From assembly GCA_038867615.1 (NCBI GenBank), contig JAWBYA010000004.1, positions 163,323 to 227,322 of the forward strand: a stretch of DNA of 64,000 nucleotides, read 5' to 3'. A model generated the notes under the pieces. It saw only the letters and a program-made list of their open reading frames with translations, was not told the origin of the DNA and did not search any database. Below, piece after piece: positions 21,980 to 31,679 of this stretch. The stretch's first letter is position 1; each line of letters opens with the position of its first letter. The position numbers were made by a program, and so were the translations under genes. This stretch comes from Sulfolobales archaeon. GTDB taxonomy: Archaea; Thermoproteota; Thermoprotei_A; Sulfolobales; AG1.

Positions 21980-23137
21980 ATGCAGGTACACGACTATAAA
22001 GAAAGAATAACCATCAGATGCCTAGCCTGCGGCAAGGAGCAGGAGCCGAGCCCAAGACTTATGGTATGCAGTTATTGTGGTGGTCCTCTAGAGATAGAGC
22101 CTGATGTATCAAGAACCTCCATATCTGATTTCCTTAAGATCAGGAGTATGTGGAGATATAGACCTGTTCTACCAATGGGGGATTTTGTAGAACCTATAAC
22201 GCTGGGTGAGGGAGCAACACCCCTCATAAGGCTCAGGAATATAGAAAGGATCCTTGGTATTAAAGAGCTATACGCCAAAATAGAGGGAGCAAACCCCACA
22301 GGCAGTTTTAAGGATAGGGGTATGAGCCTTGCAGTCAGCATTGCTAACAGCTATGGTTATCCAGAATTTATTGTTGCAAGCACCGGCAATACTGCTGCTT
22401 CAGCCTCCGCATATGGAGCTAGGGCTGGAAAAAAAGTCACTGTAGTTCTTCCAAGAGGATATGTAGCTGATGGTAAGCTTTTCCAAAGCATCCTCCATGG
22501 AGCGAGGGTCCTCTATGTCGATGGATCTTTCGATGATGCTCTCTCCAAGGTTATCGATGATCTCTCTAAGAGTAGCTCTCTCTATCCCCTCAATTCGATC
22601 AATCCGTGGAGACTTGAGGGTCAAAAAACAGTTGCATATGAGATTGCCGAAGATCTAAGAGAGCTTGACGCTATATTCCTCCCCGTAGGCAATGGAGGCA
22701 ATATATATGCAGTATATAAAGGGTTCGCCGAGTCTGTCAAGATGGGTATTGCAGACAGAATACCAAGGATCTTTGGTGTTCAGGCAAAGGGGGCTTCGCC
22801 AATATATATGGGGTGGAATCTTGGAGGCAAGGATTTAAAGCCCGTCAATAAGCCTGAGACGATAGCCACAGCAATAAGGATAGGAAGGCCCGCAAACTGG
22901 CTAAAGGCCTTCAAGGCTGCTAGAGAGTCCAGGGGTTTCTTCCTAAGCGTTGATGATACCGATATACTAGCCTCACAGAGGATGCTTGCCAAGCTAGAGG
23001 GGGTGGGGTGCGAGCCTGCAAGCGCAGCCTCACTTGCGGGTCTTATAAAGCTTGTTGATGAAAACATGGTTGACAAGGATCAAAGAATAGTTATTATCCT
23101 AACTGGTCATTCTCTAAAAGATCCCATAGCTAGATAG
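21980..23137 (+). CDS. thrC: Threonine synthase
   Basis: N-terminal Zn ribbon, TLGEGATP, NPTGSFKDRG (PLP lysine), ASTGN, EGQKT and PVGNGGN motifs. Confidence 0.95.
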   Translation: MQVHDYKERITIRCLACGKEQEPSPRLMVCSYCGGPLEIEPDVSRTSISDFLKIRSMWRYRPVLPMGDFVEPITLGEGATPLIRLRNIERILGIKELYAKIEGANPTGSFKDRGMSLAVSIANSYGYPEFIVASTGNTAASASAYGARAGKKVTVVLPRGYVADGKLFQSILHGARVLYVDGSFDDALSKVIDDLSKSSSLYPLNSINPWRLEGQKTVAYEIAEDLRELDAIFLPVGNGGNIYAVYKGFAESVKMGIADRIPRIFGVQAKGASPIYMGWNLGGKDLKPVNKPETIATAIRIGRPANWLKAFKAARESRGFFLSVDDTDILASQRMLAKLEGVGCEPASAASLAGLIKLVDENMVDKDQRIVIILTGHSLKDPIAR

Positions 23138-23160
23138 GGAAGAAATATAGAAGATCACGG

Positions 23161-23619
23161 CTAGGCTTTCTCAAGATCGTATCTCTTGAGGTAGTCAATA
23201 TTCTGCTTCTCAGAAGGATCTATATCTGTAACCGATAGCCATGCCTCGATGATCTCCTTAGCAACCTCTTCAGAAACAAGCCTACCACTCATTGCAAGGA
23301 TATTAGCATCGTTCCAAAGCCTAGCCCCTCTAGCCGTCTGAGCATCATTACATAGAGCAGCCCTAACACCCCTGACCTTGTTAGCAGCTATAGAGACCCC
23401 TGTTCCCGTATAACATACAAGAATACCCCAGTCAACCCTTCCCTCAGCAACCATTCTACCAACCTCTATTCCCACATATGGCCATGGCTCGGGCTTGTTT
23501 GTTTTGAGCGAGCCTACTGGTATCACCTCAAAGCCTTTCTTTTTCAAATATTCAAAGGCAAACCTAGCCGCTGGATATAGATCATCAGATCCTATGGCAA
23601 CCCTGTTTCCTAGAGCCAT
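23161..23619 (-). CDS. RpiB/LacAB family sugar-phosphate isomerase
   Basis: CYTGTGVSIAANKVRGVRAA and WNDANIL motifs. Confidence 0.9.
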   Translation of the reverse strand: MALGNRVAIGSDDLYPAARFAFEYLKKKGFEVIPVGSLKTNKPEPWPYVGIEVGRMVAEGRVDWGILVCYTGTGVSIAANKVRGVRAALCNDAQTARGARLWNDANILAMSGRLVSEEVAKEIIEAWLSVTDIDPSEKQNIDYLKRYDLEKA

Positions 23620-24189
23620 ACGCAACCACCTAGTACCAATGGCAAGACGGAATTTATCATTAAGCACAATAGCAGTATAGCTATTATGATCATATCTTAA
23701 CCAGCACTAACAATCCTATCAATAGCCAGCCAATAGATAGAAGCATTATAACGCTTCCGCATATATTACTCAATATATTACTCACATAAAGAGACACGGG
23801 GTTAGGAAAACATAGACGAGGCGGTTAACATCAATACTACCCACTATAGAGCCCGAACTTCTATAGTCATCATGGGGGTACCCTCAATGGTAATGTAAGA
23901 GCAGATAGTACACAACACAGATACCCAATGAAATAATATACTGGTGCTCAGGTAAATACCATAATACCTGGATTAACAAATTACTTGAGTATTGCTACCA
24001 TAATACCTGCTGTAATAATGTACGATTTACATAGTATATGGGTTAAAATCAGCAAAATGTATAGTTGTTCTCGAAAGAGATATAGAAAGACATAAAATAA
24101 ACCTTATCAAGCATCGATAAAAATCAGGTTAAAACTTTTATATGAGTCGGGATATTATCTATTGTGCCGCTGACCACAGGGTGTTAATT

Positions 24190-26019
24190 GTGTGTGGCAT
24201 AATAGGGGTATGTCAGCGTGAGAGGCTAGTTTTGGGAGAACCTATAGGCTCGTTTCTTAAGAAAGCCCTACAGAGACTCGAGTACAGGGGCTATGATTCT
24301 GTCGGTTTTGCTGTAATAGACAAAGATAGGAGGATAATACTGAGGAAGAAGAAGGGGAAGCTTGCAGAGATCGAGGGTATACTGGGCTTTGATGCATTTG
24401 ATGGCGTTGTAGGGATTGCCCACACGAGATGGGCAACACACGGAGAGCCTAGCGATAGGAATGCCCATCCCCATATAGATTGCAATGGATGTATCGTTGT
24501 AATACATAACGGGACGCTCCAGAATTACCAAGAGCTCAAAGAGCTATTGATCTCGAGAGGGCATCTCCTGAGAAGCGATACAGATACAGAGCTTATAGCC
24601 CACATAATCGAGGAGAAGATCAGAGAAGGGTTAGCACCCATAGAAGCTCTTCGAGAGACCGTTAAGGCTATAAAAGGAGCCTATGCTTTCCTGGCATATA
24701 TATGCAAAGAGCCTGACAAGATATTCTTTGCAAAGAACGTATCACCTATAGTCATAGGGCTTGGCAATGGCTTCAACATGATCGCAAGCGATATACCAGC
24801 TATGATAAGCCATACAAAGAGGGTAATAGTTGTTGAAGATGGCGAGATAGGATACATATCGCCTGATTCGATCTACATAGAGAAGGATAATAATACACCC
24901 ATAGATCCCATGTCAAGGGTCATAACCGTTGACTGGACTCCTGAGATGATCGATAAGGGGGGCTATCCCCACTACATGGCTAAGGAGATCTATGAGCAGC
25001 CCATAGCGATTCGCTCAACACTAGCCGGCTTGCCGGATCAGATCACAGACGAGATCCTTAGAATCCTCCTCAGGGCTAGGAGAATCTATATAGCCGGGGC
25101 TGGAACCTCTTACCACGCCGCTATGGTTATAGATTTCATGATGAGAAACACCGTGGATCTGGACTCAAGATCCTTTATATCGAGCGAGTATCTCTCAACA
25201 CTAAGATCTCTTAGCGATGACGACGTGTTCATAGCTGTCTCTCAAAGCGGTGAAACAATAGATACCCTTATGGCGATGAGAAGGGCTAAGAGCATGAATG
25301 CCAAAGTAATAGCTATAACAAACGTGCTTGGAAGCACAATTGCTAGAGAGGCTGACTACAAGATATATATGAGGGCCGGACCTGAGATAGGTGTTGCGGC
25401 TACCAAAACGTTTGCAACAGAGGTTATTACGGGAGCATATATCGTTGAGAAGCTATGCCTAGTAAGGGGTATAGAGTGCTCTCAACTCTCAAAAGAGATC
25501 AGGATCTCTCCCAGCATAACAGAGCATATCATCAACAGGTATTTCAAGGAGATGGAGATCTTATCAAAGATCCTGAGGGAAGCTCGAAACATGTATTTTC
25601 TCGGAAGAGGCTCCACATTGCCAATCTCATACGAGGGTGCATTGAAAGTTAAAGAGATATCATACACACATGCAGAGGCATACCCAGCAGGTGAGAGCAA
25701 ACACGGCCCCATAGCACTGGTCGAACCCGGCTTCCCCGTGGTCTTCACAATATTTGATGATGAGTATGGAGAGCTTATAATCAACAATATCGAGGAGATG
25801 AAGGCCAGAGGCGCATACACAATTATAGCAGCCTCTGAGAACCTGGAAAGACAGCTAAAGCTGGCAAACAAGCCAATAGCCCTACCGATCATGAAAACAC
25901 CAGTCGCTTCGGCTCCATATGTAGCGATCCATCAGATGTTAGCATACAACCTTGCCGTATGTAGGGGATACGATCCCGATAAACCGAGAAACCTGGCTAA
26001 AACAGTAACAGTAGAGTAA
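24190..26019 (+). CDS. glmS: Glutamine--fructose-6-phosphate aminotransferase
   Basis: GTG start gives MCGIIG; LEYRGYDS, HTRWATHG, SQSGET, VAATKT and C-terminal PRNLAKTVTVE. Confidence 0.97.
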   Translation: MCGIIGVCQRERLVLGEPIGSFLKKALQRLEYRGYDSVGFAVIDKDRRIILRKKKGKLAEIEGILGFDAFDGVVGIAHTRWATHGEPSDRNAHPHIDCNGCIVVIHNGTLQNYQELKELLISRGHLLRSDTDTELIAHIIEEKIREGLAPIEALRETVKAIKGAYAFLAYICKEPDKIFFAKNVSPIVIGLGNGFNMIASDIPAMISHTKRVIVVEDGEIGYISPDSIYIEKDNNTPIDPMSRVITVDWTPEMIDKGGYPHYMAKEIYEQPIAIRSTLAGLPDQITDEILRILLRARRIYIAGAGTSYHAAMVIDFMMRNTVDLDSRSFISSEYLSTLRSLSDDDVFIAVSQSGETIDTLMAMRRAKSMNAKVIAITNVLGSTIAREADYKIYMRAGPEIGVAATKTFATEVITGAYIVEKLCLVRGIECSQLSKEIRISPSITEHIINRYFKEMEILSKILREARNMYFLGRGSTLPISYEGALKVKEISYTHAEAYPAGESKHGPIALVEPGFPVVFTIFDDEYGELIINNIEEMKARGAYTIIAASENLERQLKLANKPIALPIMKTPVASAPYVAIHQMLAYNLAVCRGYDPDKPRNLAKTVTVE

Positions 26020-26049
26020 AAACGATTACTCCTGGAGATTCATTAATAC

Positions 26050-26152
26050 CCCATAGACTCCCACACAATCAGCAGGATCTCTATCCCTGTGGGTTGTGGT
26101 TCGTTACTAGCCCAACATAATGATGCACACACCACCATCCAGAGCTATACAG
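26050..26152 (+). mobile_element. tnpB 3'-end-like remnant, copy C (partial)
   Basis: CCCACACAATCAGCAGGATCTCTATCCCTGTGGG...CATCCAGAGCTATACAG resembles the core and end of copy G. Confidence 0.4.
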
Positions 26153-26286
26153 AGATCAAACCATAACTACGCCATCCCATCCATAGATTATAGATACCTC
26201 TTACGAGTATTGATAAGAAAACAACCCACTTACTTATCTATGCCTAGAGCATAGGATGCTTGAAAAGTTCTAGTAAACCTATACAC

Positions 26287-27177
26287 TCAAGTTCTCCCAT
26301 GATCTATTATTTGCGAGAGTATATTGGCAACATCAACCGGGGTTACTGCAACCCTTATCCCAACAGCCTCTAACGCCTTGATCTTTGTCTCTGCATCCCC
26401 CCTCCCCATACTTATTATAGCCCCGGCATGCCCCATTCTTTTACCCGGCGGTGCTGTTCTTCCAGCTATATAGGCTACCATTGGTTTCGCCATGCCCCTC
26501 TCCTTTATATATTGTGCTAGCCTCTCCTCAGCGTCTCCTCCGATCTCTCCCACGACAACGATCGCCTTGGTCCTAGGATCCTTGTTAAACATCTCAACAA
26601 CCTCTATGAAGTCAAGCCCAACAACGGGATCCCCACCTATGCCGACCACAGTGCTCTGCCCCATACCTGCTTTGGAGAGGGCCTCGGAGATCTCATAGGT
26701 TAGAGTACCACTTCTAGAAACAATACCAACGCTCCCAGGCGAGAAGGATCTCGCGGGCATTATACCCACCTTAACCCTCTCTCCAGGAGATATAACTCCG
26801 GGGCAGTTGGGTCCCACAACAATAACTCCTTTGGATCTAGCGTATGATATCATCTTCATCTCATCATGAAGAGGAATACCCTCGGTAATTACAATGATGG
26901 TCTTTATCCCAGCATCTATAGCCTCATAAAAAGCATCTGGAGCGTAGGGTGCTGGGACGAAAAGTATCGATGTATTTATCTCAGGATGCATCCTAACAGC
27001 CCGTTCAACAGTATTATATACAGGTACACCATTAACGCTAGAACCACCCTTACCAGGTGTGACGCCGGCCACCACTTTAGTCCCATAATCCATCATGCTT
27101 GCAGTATGGTAGCTTCCCTCTCTACCAGTTATACCCTGAACAAGGACACGTGTACTCCGATCAACTATTATTGCCAA
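26287..27177 (-). CDS. sucD: Succinyl-CoA ligase alpha subunit
   Basis: VQGITG, GPNCPG, SRSGTLTYE, GEIGG and RMGHAGA (phospho-His) motifs. Confidence 0.96.
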   Translation of the reverse strand: MAIIVDRSTRVLVQGITGREGSYHTASMMDYGTKVVAGVTPGKGGSSVNGVPVYNTVERAVRMHPEINTSILFVPAPYAPDAFYEAIDAGIKTIIVITEGIPLHDEMKMISYARSKGVIVVGPNCPGVISPGERVKVGIMPARSFSPGSVGIVSRSGTLTYEISEALSKAGMGQSTVVGIGGDPVVGLDFIEVVEMFNKDPRTKAIVVVGEIGGDAEERLAQYIKERGMAKPMVAYIAGRTAPPGKRMGHAGAIISMGRGDAETKIKALEAVGIRVAVTPVDVANILSQIIDHGRT

Positions 27178-27307
27178 GAGGCTTCTCCACAATAACATTT
27201 AATATGAGATTTAAATTTAAATCGATATGGCATCCATAGCAGAAGTGCTAACAAACATTATAGCCAGACGGCGGTTTTAGACGGCTAAAATTACTACTAG
27301 CTACATA

Positions 27308-27470
27308 CATTCGCCTCTGGATATTCTTTGATATCTCTCCATAACCTAGAGCCCCACCCAGTCTAAGGGATCTAGTCTTCCCTATGGGATCACAACGTGT
27401 TTCTAGCCAAACGGCATAGAACTCTCAACCGCTAGGAGCATTTCTGGAATGCTTAGAACAATACCTCTAG
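27308..27470 (-). mobile_element. tnpB 3'-end/omega-RNA-like remnant, copy D
   Basis: Minus strand GTTCTAAGCATTCCAG...ATGCCGTTTGGCTAG...GTGATCCC...ATATCCAGAGGCGAATG. Confidence 0.55.
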
Positions 27471-27546
27471 CACGAGCTAGAGAGGCTAATATCGAAAACA
27501 ATACATCTCCAAAACAATAGAAAACACCTATAAATATCTATAAGAA

Positions 27547-28281
27547 CTAATAGGAGACCAGTCCATAGAATGCCTTGAAGGTGCCGAAGTCAACAGTTCT
27601 CATGATCTCTATTCCATGTGCCTTGAATAGAGAGATATAATCGCTTGTTCTAATAGCGTGAACAGCAAGCAGGCGGTTAAAGATCCTACCCTTAATGCTA
27701 TCTGTAACAGCTACCGCGATCCTTACGCTTCCTCCTTTCCTTAGTATCCTTGATATCTCAGATATAACCTTAGCTTTATCTCTAAAGATATGTATTACCA
27801 AACTTGATATATAGTGATCTATAGTAGCATTAGCTATAGGGATCCTATCTATAGAGGCTCTCAAAAACACCGCTTCCTTGGTCTTGCGAGAAGCTGTTCT
27901 AAGCATGGGTAGGGATATATCGATCCCTATCAAGGAGCCTCTATATCGTTTCCTCTCAAGCAGCGATAATAGGGATCCTGTACCGCAGCCCGCATCCACC
28001 AGGATCCCTTCGGATAGATTCCCGGTTAACTCTTCATAGAACTTATCAAGAGAGCCTCTTCCACTAAGCCTCCAACCAACCCGGGACCATGGATCGTATA
28101 GTCTAGGGAATCTTTCGAAAAGCCCTACCCATCCTTGATCGCTGCCTAAGAAGTCGATGATCCTTCCATCGATAATGCTATACTTAGCACCACATTGTAT
28201 ACATACAATATATCCTTGCTCCTTTCTGAGCTTTGAGGAGCATTGGGGGCATTGTAGTACGGGTAACACGCTCTCTATCAT
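27547..28281 (-). CDS. Class I SAM methyltransferase with N-terminal Trm112-like zinc ribbon
   Basis: LQCPQC...CIQCGAKYSIIDG, then VDAGCGTG and GIDIS. Confidence 0.88.
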   Translation of the reverse strand: MIESVLPVLQCPQCSSKLRKEQGYIVCIQCGAKYSIIDGRIIDFLGSDQGWVGLFERFPRLYDPWSRVGWRLSGRGSLDKFYEELTGNLSEGILVDAGCGTGSLLSLLERKRYRGSLIGIDISLPMLRTASRKTKEAVFLRASIDRIPIANATIDHYISSLVIHIFRDKAKVISEISRILRKGGSVRIAVAVTDSIKGRIFNRLLAVHAIRTSDYISLFKAHGIEIMRTVDFGTFKAFYGLVSY

Positions 28282-28332
28282 AGATAGCAGTCTCCTTGAT
28301 TTAGTAATTATCGATTGCTTTTAGTCCTGACC

Positions 28333-30324
28333 CTAGCTATGATGTTTTCTACGAACATAGATATAGGCAGCTATGGAGAGCAGTATCACTATGACTGCCA
28401 TAAGCATGATTGTACTCAGCGTGGGTAAAACCTCCCCAGATCTGCCTATCTGTGCTGTTTGTGTACCCGGCAATACCGTGTTTGTCATTGTTTCTACTAT
28501 TATCGGGCTTGTTTGCGTCTCGTTGGTTATTGCTTCGCCCGCGCTACTCAGCACAGCCACTTGGGATCCTTGCGCGAGGAGCTTAGCTATTCTTAGAATT
28601 AACAATGACTGCTCATATAGAGACAAAGCCTGTGTTATCTGCCCCTTCTCTAACAGGTAATCGCCCATCTGTGCATAGAGCCTTGCAGATACAGGAGATC
28701 CTGAACCGAGATCTGCTAAGATCCTTCTAACCTCTCCCCTCACTATTTCTCCAAGCTTTGTCATATTGATCGAGAAAATATTGTGTATCGTTATCGTTGT
28801 GTTCAGGATCACTCCAGCCGATAACGATATTGCTCCTAGATAATCGCCACCACTTAAAAGAGATGCGGCATGCGATGCCATCACCTCTAGCTCCTGTCGT
28901 GAAGCATCTTGATACTCTATGGAACTTAAAAGAGATTCTAAATATGCTAGTGATGTCTCAGCATAGCTATATATCCATGATGCTAACTTACCAACATTAT
29001 CCCTGTGTACCTCATCTATACCCGGCAACACGGCCAGCTGGAGCCATACGTCTATGCTTTTCAGTCTCGCCTCTGCATAGGATGCATAGTATATAGAACC
29101 TACAATATCACCGTTATTAATAGAGGCGATGGAGCTGTTGAGATTCTTCCAAGCATCGTATAACCTCCCATAGACCTCGGGGAGTATATAGACTTCACCA
29201 ACCCTATAGAAGCTCTTAGCGGTATATCGGCTTAACAAACCCCTGTAGGTGTCCACAAGGTTTTTAACCTGTGATATATAGTTTCTAGCATATGTAACCG
29301 GATCCTGGGAGCTATATGCATCGGCGAGGTTTTGAGCAAACCTTGCTATGTAGTATGATGTGAAGAGGCTTGAGAGGGCTGGGTAGTAGAGCCCCCTGTT
29401 ATAAAGATCCCGTGATTCGTTGGCATACCTAGTGGAATATGTGACCAGGCTATTAATGTTGGAAACGATCCTCTGGTCTTTTATCGAGCTTGCCTGACGT
29501 AACGTGCTTGAAATAACAGTGGTGAGCAATGCCGATAGATTTCCATATGCGCTACTAAGGATTCTCTCTTCGGAAGCTGTCAGGAATGGTTCTTTCATCG
29601 CCTCTATGGGTCTGTATGCTCCTTTTGTGAACATATATAGAAGATCCTCGGCGGTGGCTACTTCAACAACCCTAGCTCCGTATTTACTCACAAGCTCGTT
29701 TACATCGATAGTAACAGTAGTAGGTCTTATAATAGATACTGGCCCTATGCTTTGCCTAACATACCTCACCTCTGTATAGTTTGACTGGCCCCATGGAACT
29801 AGGATCACTTTAAACCCGCCAGAGGCGGCTGCAAGAGCCTTTTCAGGTACTCCCCCGACTGGTCCTATTAAACCGTCTGGTAGTATCATGCCTGTGGCGG
29901 CTACAAAGGGGTCTAGGCTTGTGTTGGTTAGTGCTGAATATATTGCTGCAACCATTGCAGACCCGGCTGAGGGTCCTCCTACTATTGGAGAGCTGGACTT
30001 TATCGATACTAAATAGTCATACTTGAAGGGATCCTTGCCGGCTAGGTAAGAGGCTATCAGTACAGCAGCTCTAGCAGATGCCTGTAGATCTATATCGCTG
30101 AGGGGTTCTGTAGATACATATATAATACCGCTTCCAGGTTTCAGAATCTTTACATCGATCCATGTAACTATGCCTACATAGCTCCCATCATCCAGCATCG
30201 ATACAGCCAGTGCAGGAACCCTGGAATAACCGACGATCTCGACCACATTACCGATGGCTTGTAGAGCAGGTGTTAGTATTATTAGCAAGACTAGGATAAG
30301 CGGAGCGAGTTTAAAAAGCCCCAT
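28333..30324 (-). CDS. Secreted, membrane-anchored S16 (Lon-like) Ser-Lys protease without ATPase
   Basis: Signal peptide, GGPSAG (Ser), GPVGGVPEK (Lys), Thr-rich linker, C-terminal TM and basic tail. Confidence 0.88.
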   Translation of the reverse strand: MGLFKLAPLILVLLIILTPALQAIGNVVEIVGYSRVPALAVSMLDDGSYVGIVTWIDVKILKPGSGIIYVSTEPLSDIDLQASARAAVLIASYLAGKDPFKYDYLVSIKSSSPIVGGPSAGSAMVAAIYSALTNTSLDPFVAATGMILPDGLIGPVGGVPEKALAAASGGFKVILVPWGQSNYTEVRYVRQSIGPVSIIRPTTVTIDVNELVSKYGARVVEVATAEDLLYMFTKGAYRPIEAMKEPFLTASEERILSSAYGNLSALLTTVISSTLRQASSIKDQRIVSNINSLVTYSTRYANESRDLYNRGLYYPALSSLFTSYYIARFAQNLADAYSSQDPVTYARNYISQVKNLVDTYRGLLSRYTAKSFYRVGEVYILPEVYGRLYDAWKNLNSSIASINNGDIVGSIYYASYAEARLKSIDVWLQLAVLPGIDEVHRDNVGKLASWIYSYAETSLAYLESLLSSIEYQDASRQELEVMASHAASLLSGGDYLGAISLSAGVILNTTITIHNIFSINMTKLGEIVRGEVRRILADLGSGSPVSARLYAQMGDYLLEKGQITQALSLYEQSLLILRIAKLLAQGSQVAVLSSAGEAITNETQTSPIIVETMTNTVLPGTQTAQIGRSGEVLPTLSTIMLMAVIVILLSIAAYIYVRRKHHS

Positions 30325-30400
30325 TTAACCACTCTCACAACATCCTCATGTATAGAGGGTATTAAGTGTTATCAACACATCTCATTACTAGTAAGGATCC

Positions 30401-30769
30401 TCATAAGATCTCAATATTATTGCATACAGACCTAATATTGCTGAGCAGCTCTTCCGAGGCTCCTTTGTATATGAATACAACATCTTCATCCCCACAGCTA
30501 TCCATGATCTTCTTAACAGCCTTATCGATACTATCTAACGCGTAGAGATAAACCGTTACGTCGAAGTTCTTCGATAGAGAATCTCTAACGGTCTCCGCCC
30601 ACCCCCTTATACCCTCCCCCCTAGTGATCAGGTATATTGATAACGTTCCAAGTCTTCCATATCTAACTCTAGCAAGAACCCTTCCCAGCAATCCTGGATC
30701 TTTTCTCATCTCATGAAGATCTACTAGAAGTAATGCCCCCAAGATAGCACCACTATAATAGCTAGTCAT
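30401..30769 (-). CDS. Conserved crenarchaeal hypothetical protein (DUF5751-like)
   Basis: 122-aa alpha/beta ORF; the family resemblance is from memory only. Confidence 0.55.
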   Translation of the reverse strand: MTSYYSGAILGALLLVDLHEMRKDPGLLGRVLARVRYGRLGTLSIYLITRGEGIRGWAETVRDSLSKNFDVTVYLYALDSIDKAVKKIMDSCGDEDVVFIYKGASEELLSNIRSVCNNIEIL

Positions 30770-30861
30770 AAGGATATAAGCCGTGAACCACGCTATGTAG
30801 GATCAGTAGACCTTTTCTGAGTAAAAGCCTTATATAGCTATTAAAGATACTTGGATTTAAA

Positions 30862-31125
30862 ATGGTTACTGGTAAGCTCTATAAGACAGCTGAAGCGGCT
30901 AGGGCTCTTAACATTAGTGTTCCACTGTTAAGAAGCAGGTGAAAGAGGGCAAGATAAAAACTATTAAGGTTGGCAAACCCCAGATATCGATGAGAGAGAA
31001 TGAATATATGGAATCCCTAGCAATAGGATATGAATATGCAGAAAAAGAGCCTATGAGCTGTTTTCTCATTAATATACATAGAGAGGATTAATAGGCTTTG
31101 GAAATCTTCATAGATATAGGGGCAA
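30862..31125 (+). pseudogene. IS607-family TnpA (MerR-like HTH plus serine recombinase) remnant
   Basis: MVTGKLYKTAEAARALNISV, frameshift near 30920, then STVKKQVKEGKIKTIKVGK...LAIGY...**ALEIFIDIG, matching IS607 TnpA landmarks (HTH, 'GYARVS', 'xxxDIGSG'). Confidence 0.65.
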
Positions 31126-31199
31126 TGCCTAAAAACTACCCTCCCATCAACACACAGAGGCATTTATAAGCTTTAGCCTTAAGACATATTGCTCTCAAC

Positions 31200-31403
31200 G
31201 CGGATCTACCACACAAGCCCCGGACAACGATGGGAGCAGCGCTCCAAGCCCTCCAGGGCTAATCCTAAATGGGAGCCACGTGCCGTTTGGCTCGACAGCC
31301 ACCCACGACCCCGCAGGGGCAGAGACCCTGCATGTAGAGGCGAAAACCCCTGGATAAGACCATGAATAATAAATGATCAGAAAAAACATCCAGAGACAAA
31401 CGG
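31200..31403 (+). mobile_element. tnpB 3'-end/omega-RNA-like remnant, copy E (best preserved)
   Basis: One frame reads GSHVPFGSTATHDP, like the crenarchaeal TnpB C-terminal tail. Contains a GCAGGG/CCCTGC hairpin and ends CATCCAGAGACAAACGG. TTTATAAG lies at about 31163. Confidence 0.72.
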
Positions 31404-31679
31404 AAGCCCATGCCCAGATACAAAGAGAATCCTAGATAGCCAAAACAGCCTAGATAATGGGCATGTGCGACCACTATGTATTTATCAACCTAGGAATGGT
31501 TAATATAGATGGATGATATATATAGGGATAACATCAACAGACCTGCAGCTCTCTCCAAGATTTAGGCTCAGTATTATTTATCTTGAGAGCATTATTATAA
31601 AGGATCATGGGCAAATATTCGAGAGCCTCACGATCAATAATACAACCGTGATCGAGACAAGCCCCTGTGGGGGAGGCTG

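Noticed and set aside
23761-24009. Short direct repeats upstream of glmS (ATATATTACTCA twice; TACCATAATACCTG at 23957 and 23996)
   Set aside because: Only two copies each in AT-rich DNA. Possible operators, but unsupported and not an array.
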